Below, one piece after another: positions 6,262-10,626 of a DNA stretch of 10,626 nt (positions are counted from its first letter, which is position 1; the number at the start of each line of letters is the position of its first letter). The DNA is from a virus (taxonomy: Duplodnaviria > Heunggongvirae > Uroviricota > Caudoviricetes). Made by a program: the position numbers and the translations under genes. The notes beneath the pieces were generated by a model. The model was not told where the DNA came from, searched no databases, and saw nothing but the letters and a program-made list of their open reading frames with translations. The DNA is taken from the IMG/VR virus record IMGVR_UViG_2529292985_000036; one strand, written 5' to 3'.

Positions 6262-6450
6262 ATGGAAACGTTATTACCAAACGTTAATACGTCTGAAGGT
6301 TGTTTTGATATTGGTGTTCTGCTCAGTAACCGGGAGTTTACGGAAGATGCCATTAAGATGAGAAAATATGAACCTTATCTTCTCAATGATAATTCCATAC
6401 TTTCCAGAATTGCCCTTCTTGAACTTGGTATTATCGGAGAACAGCAGTGA
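6262..6450 (+). CDS. dicB: Cell division inhibitor DicB, 62 aa
   Basis: ATG at 6262 with GAGGA 7 nt upstream. METLLPNVNTSEGCFDIGVLLSNREFTEDAIKMRKYEPYLLNDNSILSRIALLELGIIGEQQ: N-terminal ~30 aa near-identical to K-12 DicB by recall, C-terminal part appears divergent. The track ORF 6157..6450 has an unsupported N-terminal extension. Confidence 0.85.
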   Translation: METLLPNVNTSEGCFDIGVLLSNREFTEDAIKMRKYEPYLLNDNSILSRIALLELGIIGEQQ

Positions 6451-6635
6451 CTTCAGCATTTGCACTGGTGATGACCGTTTTTCTTATAACGGGTGAGCCA
6501 CAAAATGTGATTACCGGAATTTATGACAGTAAGTCATCCTGCATTCAGGTAAGGGACGAACAAAAAATCCCCGGTGAATGCCTCCCGTTAAAAAAAGTAT
6601 CGCTGAACCTGAATAACGAAATACCGGCTGGATAA
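6447..6635 (+). CDS. ydfD: YdfD-like small lysis protein with hydrophobic N-terminal segment, 62 aa
   Basis: GTG start at 6447 overlapping the dicB TGA (GTGA). MTSAFALVMTVFLITGEPQNV...DEQKIPGECLPLKKV...NNEIPAG resembles Qin YdfD by recall; likely transmembrane helix at residues 4-15. Confidence 0.75.
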   Translation: MTSAFALVMTVFLITGEPQNVITGIYDSKSSCIQVRDEQKIPGECLPLKKVSLNLNNEIPAG

Positions 6636-6730
6636 CCCGCCAGCCATATTAACGCCATACCAACGGATTAAAAATGCCAGCAATGGCAGGGATTCGTTCA
6701 CCCTGAAATCTGTAATGAGGTTAAAACAAA

Positions 6731-9205
6731 ATGAGTAAAGTCTTTATTTGCGCCGCCATTCCGGACGAACAGGCAATAAAGGAAGAAGGTGCCGTCGCTG
6801 TAGCCACTGCCATTGAAGCCGGTGATGAACGTCGCGCCCGCGCAAAATTTCACTGGCAATTCCTGGAACATTATCCGGCTGCTCAGGACTGCGCTTATAA
6901 ATTTCTTGTCTGCGAGGATAAACCCGGTATACCCCGCCCTGCCCTCGATTCCTGGGATGCTGAATATATGCAGGAAAACCGCTGGGATGAGGAATCCGCT
7001 TCCTTTATTCCAGTCGAACCAGAATCCGATCCGATGAACGTCAATTTTGACAAGCTGTCCCTTGAAGTACAGAACGCGGTCCTGGTTAAGTTCGGTACAT
7101 GTGAAAACATCACCGTTGATATGGCGATTGACGCGCAGGAATTACTGCAGGAAGACGTTGCTACCTTTGACGGGCATATCGTTGAAGCACTGATGAAAAC
7201 GCCTGAAATTAACGCTATGTATCCGGAACGCAAACTGTTCGCTATCGGATGGGTTAAACACAAATGTAATCCGGGTGCCAAATGGCCCGAAATTCAGGCT
7301 GAATTACGTAACTGGAAAAAACGGCAGGACGCAGAGCGCAAAGAGACTGGAAAATACACGTCTGTTGTTGATCTCGCCAGCGCCAGAGTCAATCAACAGA
7401 ACACTGAAAACTCAGCAGGAAAAATCAACCCAGTCACTGCCGCCATTTGTCGCGAATACAAGCAGACATGGAAAACGCTGGATGAAGAACTGGCCTACGC
7501 TCTCTGGCCTGGCGATATTGATACCGGAAACATTGACGGCAGCATCCATCGCTGGGCAAAAAATGAAGTTATCGACAAAGATCGCGAAGACTGGAAGCGC
7601 ATTTCCGCATCAATGCGCAAACAACCCGATGCCGTTCGCTACGACCGTCAGACTATTTTTGGCCTTGTCCGTGAGCGTCCGATCGACATTCACAAAGATC
7701 CCGTAGCACTGAACAAATACATCACTGAATACCTGACTACCAAGGGCGTGTTTGAAGATGACGAAGGAACAAATCAGGGCACAGCTGGTACTCTCCCGTC
7801 ACCAGTACCAGAAACTGATGCAGTGGAAACGGCAATGCCGGACAACGAAAAAACCGAATGCGAAGTGGAAGACGAACCATCTGTAGAGCGTGAGGGACCG
7901 TTCTACTTCCTTTTCACCGATAAGGACGGCGAAAAATACGGTCGCGCAAACAAACTTTCTGGTCTGGAAAAAGCACTGGCCCTGGGAGCTACGGAAATCA
8001 CAAAAGAGGAATACTTCGCACGTAAAAACGGCACGTACTCAGGTTCACAACAAAATACTGGTGCATCTGACACGATCGCACAACCAGAGCCGGTAAAAGT
8101 TACCGCTGACGAAGTAAACAAAATTATGCAGGCAGCCAATATCAGCCAGCCTGACGCCAATAATTTGCTTGCTGTATCACGTGGTGAATTTGTTGCAGGG
8201 ATTAGCGACCCGAATGATCCGAAATGGGTGAAGGGGATTGAAACCCGCGATTCAGTGAATCAGAACCAGCAAGAAACGGAACAGAACGGCCAGAAAGCGG
8301 AACAAAACAGCCCAAATGCGTTACAAAACGAGCCAGAAACGAAACAGCCTGAACCAGTGGCGCAACAGGAAGTGGAAAAAGTCTGCACCGCCTGCGGTCA
8401 GACCGGCGGCGGCAACTGCCCTGATTGTGGCGCGGTGATGGGCGACGCAACATACCAGGAAACATTCGATGAAGAGTATCAGGTTGAAGTTCAGGAAGAT
8501 GATCCGGAGGAAATGGAAGGCGCTGAACATCCACACAAGGAGAACACTGACGGCAATCAGCATCACGATAGCGATAATGAAACTGGCGAGACGGCAGATC
8601 ACTCAATTAAGGTGAACGGTCATCAAGAAATCACATCCACCAGCAGGACGTGTGACCATCTAATGATCGACCTTGAAACCATGGGAAAAAATCCTGATGC
8701 CCCGATCATCTCAATAGGTGCAATATTTTTCGATCCGCAAACCGGAGATATGGGACCGGAATTTAGTAAGACTATCGATCTGGAAACTGCTGGCGGGGTC
8801 ATTGATCGGGACACCATTAAATGGTGGCTTAAGCAATCACGCGAAGCGCAATCTGCCATTATGACCGATGAAATCCCGTTAGATGATGCACTGTTACAAT
8901 TGCGGGAATTTATCGACGAAAACTCCGGTGAATTTTTTGTTCAGGTCTGGGGAAATGGAGCCAACTTCGACAACACGATTTTGCGCCGTTCATACGAACG
9001 GCAGGGGATCCCCTGCCCGTGGCGTTACTACAACGATCGCGATGTACGCACAATCGTTGAGCTGGGGAAAGCCATAGACTTCGATGCCAGAACGGCTATT
9101 CCATTCGAAGGTGAGCGCCATAATGCACTTGATGACGCCCGTTACCAGGCAAAATACGTTTCAGTTATCTGGCAAAAACTGATCCCGAATCAGGCTGATT
9201 TTTAA
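6731..9205 (+). CDS. Large prophage exonuclease: RecE-like N-terminal/central region, a CxxC-x10-CxxC zinc-ribbon-like motif, and a C-terminal DEDDh (DnaQ-like) 3'-5' exonuclease domain, 824 aa
   Basis: Seen: central AVSRGEFVAGISDPNDPKWVKGIETRDSV (RecE-like by recall); CTACGQTGGGNCPDCG; C-terminal MIDLETMG (Exo I motif), FFVQVWGNGANFD and HNALDDARYQAKY (Exo III H-x4-D). Position between ydfD and xis corresponds to ydfE/exodeoxyribonuclease VIII-type genes in Qin-like prophages. Confidence 0.8.
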   Translation: MSKVFICAAIPDEQAIKEEGAVAVATAIEAGDERRARAKFHWQFLEHYPAAQDCAYKFLVCEDKPGIPRPALDSWDAEYMQENRWDEESASFIPVEPESDPMNVNFDKLSLEVQNAVLVKFGTCENITVDMAIDAQELLQEDVATFDGHIVEALMKTPEINAMYPERKLFAIGWVKHKCNPGAKWPEIQAELRNWKKRQDAERKETGKYTSVVDLASARVNQQNTENSAGKINPVTAAICREYKQTWKTLDEELAYALWPGDIDTGNIDGSIHRWAKNEVIDKDREDWKRISASMRKQPDAVRYDRQTIFGLVRERPIDIHKDPVALNKYITEYLTTKGVFEDDEGTNQGTAGTLPSPVPETDAVETAMPDNEKTECEVEDEPSVEREGPFYFLFTDKDGEKYGRANKLSGLEKALALGATEITKEEYFARKNGTYSGSQQNTGASDTIAQPEPVKVTADEVNKIMQAANISQPDANNLLAVSRGEFVAGISDPNDPKWVKGIETRDSVNQNQQETEQNGQKAEQNSPNALQNEPETKQPEPVAQQEVEKVCTACGQTGGGNCPDCGAVMGDATYQETFDEEYQVEVQEDDPEEMEGAEHPHKENTDGNQHHDSDNETGETADHSIKVNGHQEITSTSRTCDHLMIDLETMGKNPDAPIISIGAIFFDPQTGDMGPEFSKTIDLETAGGVIDRDTIKWWLKQSREAQSAIMTDEIPLDDALLQLREFIDENSGEFFVQVWGNGANFDNTILRRSYERQGIPCPWRYYNDRDVRTIVELGKAIDFDARTAIPFEGERHNALDDARYQAKYVSVIWQKLIPNQADF

Positions 9206-9269
9206 TGTTCAACCCCGGTCGTTGCCCACCAGCTATAGTGGCGGCGACCATGATTAGCGAACGACGCTC

Positions 9270-9518
9270 ATGGCAAGACTTATTCTGCTCACTGAGTGGG
9301 CAAAAGAGGAATTCAGTGAACCGGTCCCAACTCCGAGTACGTTAAGTAAATACGCTAAAGCCGGAATGATATTTCCTCTCCCCAAAAAAGTTGGAAGACG
9401 CTGGCGAGTGGATCCGCAAGCTCGCTTTGTCGGAATGGTAAACAAGCCGGAGGTGATCGCCACAGATCACCCTGCTTTGAAGAGGATACTGGAAGATGGC
9501 GCGCCCGCGAAAATATAA
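9270..9518 (+). CDS. xis: Excisionase (lambda Xis-like), 82 aa
   Basis: MARLILLTEWAKEEFSEPVPTPSTLSKYAKAGMIFPLPKKVGRRWRVDPQARFV parallels lambda Xis (MYLTLQEWNARQ...IFPPPVKDGREYLF). 3' end overlaps the int start by 23 nt, as in lambda. Confidence 0.75.
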   Translation: MARLILLTEWAKEEFSEPVPTPSTLSKYAKAGMIFPLPKKVGRRWRVDPQARFVGMVNKPEVIATDHPALKRILEDGAPAKI

Positions 9519-10626
9519 AACCGATGTTCCGGGATTATCTCCGTATTTTGACAAAAGAAATAACAAAGTTTACTGGCGTTACAGGCATCCCATAACAGGC
9601 AAAAATCACGGTCTCGGCAGTATTGACCAGAAACTGGCAGAAACTATTGCAGCAGAAGCGAACAGCCGTCTTGCCCGGCAGCAAATGGAACAAATGCTCA
9701 GTCTGCAGGAGAAAATTATTAGTGATACCGGCGGTTCATCAACCATTACCATTTTTCTGAATAATTACAGAAAAATTCAACAGGAAAGATATGAAAACGG
9801 CGAGATCAAACTCAACACGCTGAAACAGAAAGCGGCCCCTCTCAGGGTATTTGATGAACGTTTTGGCACCAGACCGTTAGATGTCATAACCGTAAAAGAT
9901 GTGGTATCAGTACTGGAAGAGTACAAGGCCAGAGGACATAACAGAATGGGACAAATTTTCAGGAAAGTACTGATCGATGTTTTCCGGGAAGCTCAGCAAA
10001 CGGGCGATGTCCCGCCAGGCTTTAACCCTGCAGAATCGGCAAAAAAACCGCAGGTGCGGATATCAAGACAGCGACTGACTTTTGATGAGTGGATGATGAT
10101 TTATAACGCAGCGGAAAAGGATGGTTACTTTTTACAGCGCGGTATGCTGCTGGCACTGATGACAGGCCAGCGCCTTTCAGATATTTGCAAAATGCAATTT
10201 TCGGATATCCGGGATGGTTATCTTCATGTCGAACAGCAAAAAACAGGAACCCGGATTGCCATCCCTCTGGCTCTGCGTTGCGATAAATTAAATCTCACCC
10301 TGGATGATGTGGTGTCATCCTGCCGCGATTGCGTTCTTAGTCCGTGGCTATTGCACCACCATCACGCGAAAGGGACAGCTAAGCGCGGCGGGATGGTTAA
10401 GCCAGCAACATTAACCGTTGCATTTAAAAAAGCCCGGGATTCTGTGGATTACAACTGGCGTGCTAATGGCACCCCTCCCTCTTTCCATGAGCAGAGATCT
10501 TTATCAGAGCGATTGTTCAGAGAGCAGGGGGTTGATACCAAAATTTTGCTAGGCCATTCGAATCAAAAAATGACCGATATTTACAACGACGCACGCGGTA
10601 AGGAATGGAAAAAACTGGTCATTTGA
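9496..10626 (+). CDS. int: Tyrosine-type site-specific integrase, lambda Int family, 376 aa, complete
   Basis: N-terminus MARPRKYKTDVPGLSPYFDKRNNKVYWRYRHPITGKNHGLG and C-terminus HEQRSLSERLF...LLGHSNQKMTDIYNDARGKEWKKLVI parallel lambda Int (catalytic R, H-x-x-R and the Y in ...DIYND...). TGA at 10624..10626. Confidence 0.9.
   Translation: MARPRKYKTDVPGLSPYFDKRNNKVYWRYRHPITGKNHGLGSIDQKLAETIAAEANSRLARQQMEQMLSLQEKIISDTGGSSTITIFLNNYRKIQQERYENGEIKLNTLKQKAAPLRVFDERFGTRPLDVITVKDVVSVLEEYKARGHNRMGQIFRKVLIDVFREAQQTGDVPPGFNPAESAKKPQVRISRQRLTFDEWMMIYNAAEKDGYFLQRGMLLALMTGQRLSDICKMQFSDIRDGYLHVEQQKTGTRIAIPLALRCDKLNLTLDDVVSSCRDCVLSPWLLHHHHAKGTAKRGGMVKPATLTVAFKKARDSVDYNWRANGTPPSFHEQRSLSERLFREQGVDTKILLGHSNQKMTDIYNDARGKEWKKLVI

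Noticed and set aside
6063-6465. Minus-strand ORFs 6063..6353 and 6274..6465 antisense to dicF and dicB
   Set aside because: They overlap the well-supported DicF/dicB locus on the opposite strand and have no start-site or family support.
6813-8859. Several 60-140-aa ORFs on both strands inside the 824-aa exonuclease gene
   Set aside because: They lie within or antisense to a long ORF with clear nuclease motifs and are cysteine/serine/arginine-rich frame artefacts.
9205-9270. Possible terminator between the exonuclease gene and xis
   Set aside because: Only a 5-bp stem (GGTCG/CGACC) with a long loop and no U-tract.

Overview
This window is the early/immunity and integration region of a lambdoid (Qin/Rac-like) prophage from an Escherichia-type genome, in reverse orientation, with a partial IS1 copy at the left edge (1..393). 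Minus strand, right to left: Cro-like (DicC/YdaS type), YdaT/CII-like regulator, O-like replication initiator carrying an iteron origin, a frameshifted lambda-P-like gene, three nin-type accessory genes, and a gene cut at its 3' end by IS1. Plus strand: DicA-like repressor, then an operon of a ydfA-like ORF, an unknown 128-aa ORF, the DicF sRNA, dicB and ydfD, followed by an 824-aa RecE-like/DEDDh exonuclease, xis and a lambda-family integrase ending at the window edge (att site not in window). No CRISPR, tRNA or rRNA was seen. I cannot demonstrate a new system from sequence alone. The best candidates for follow-up are the uncharacterised cargo and 300-nt structured leader inside the dicB operon, a 14-bp operator-like motif repeated at both promoters, and the exonuclease fusion. 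All homology statements come from reading the translations and from recalled sequences, not from database searches.
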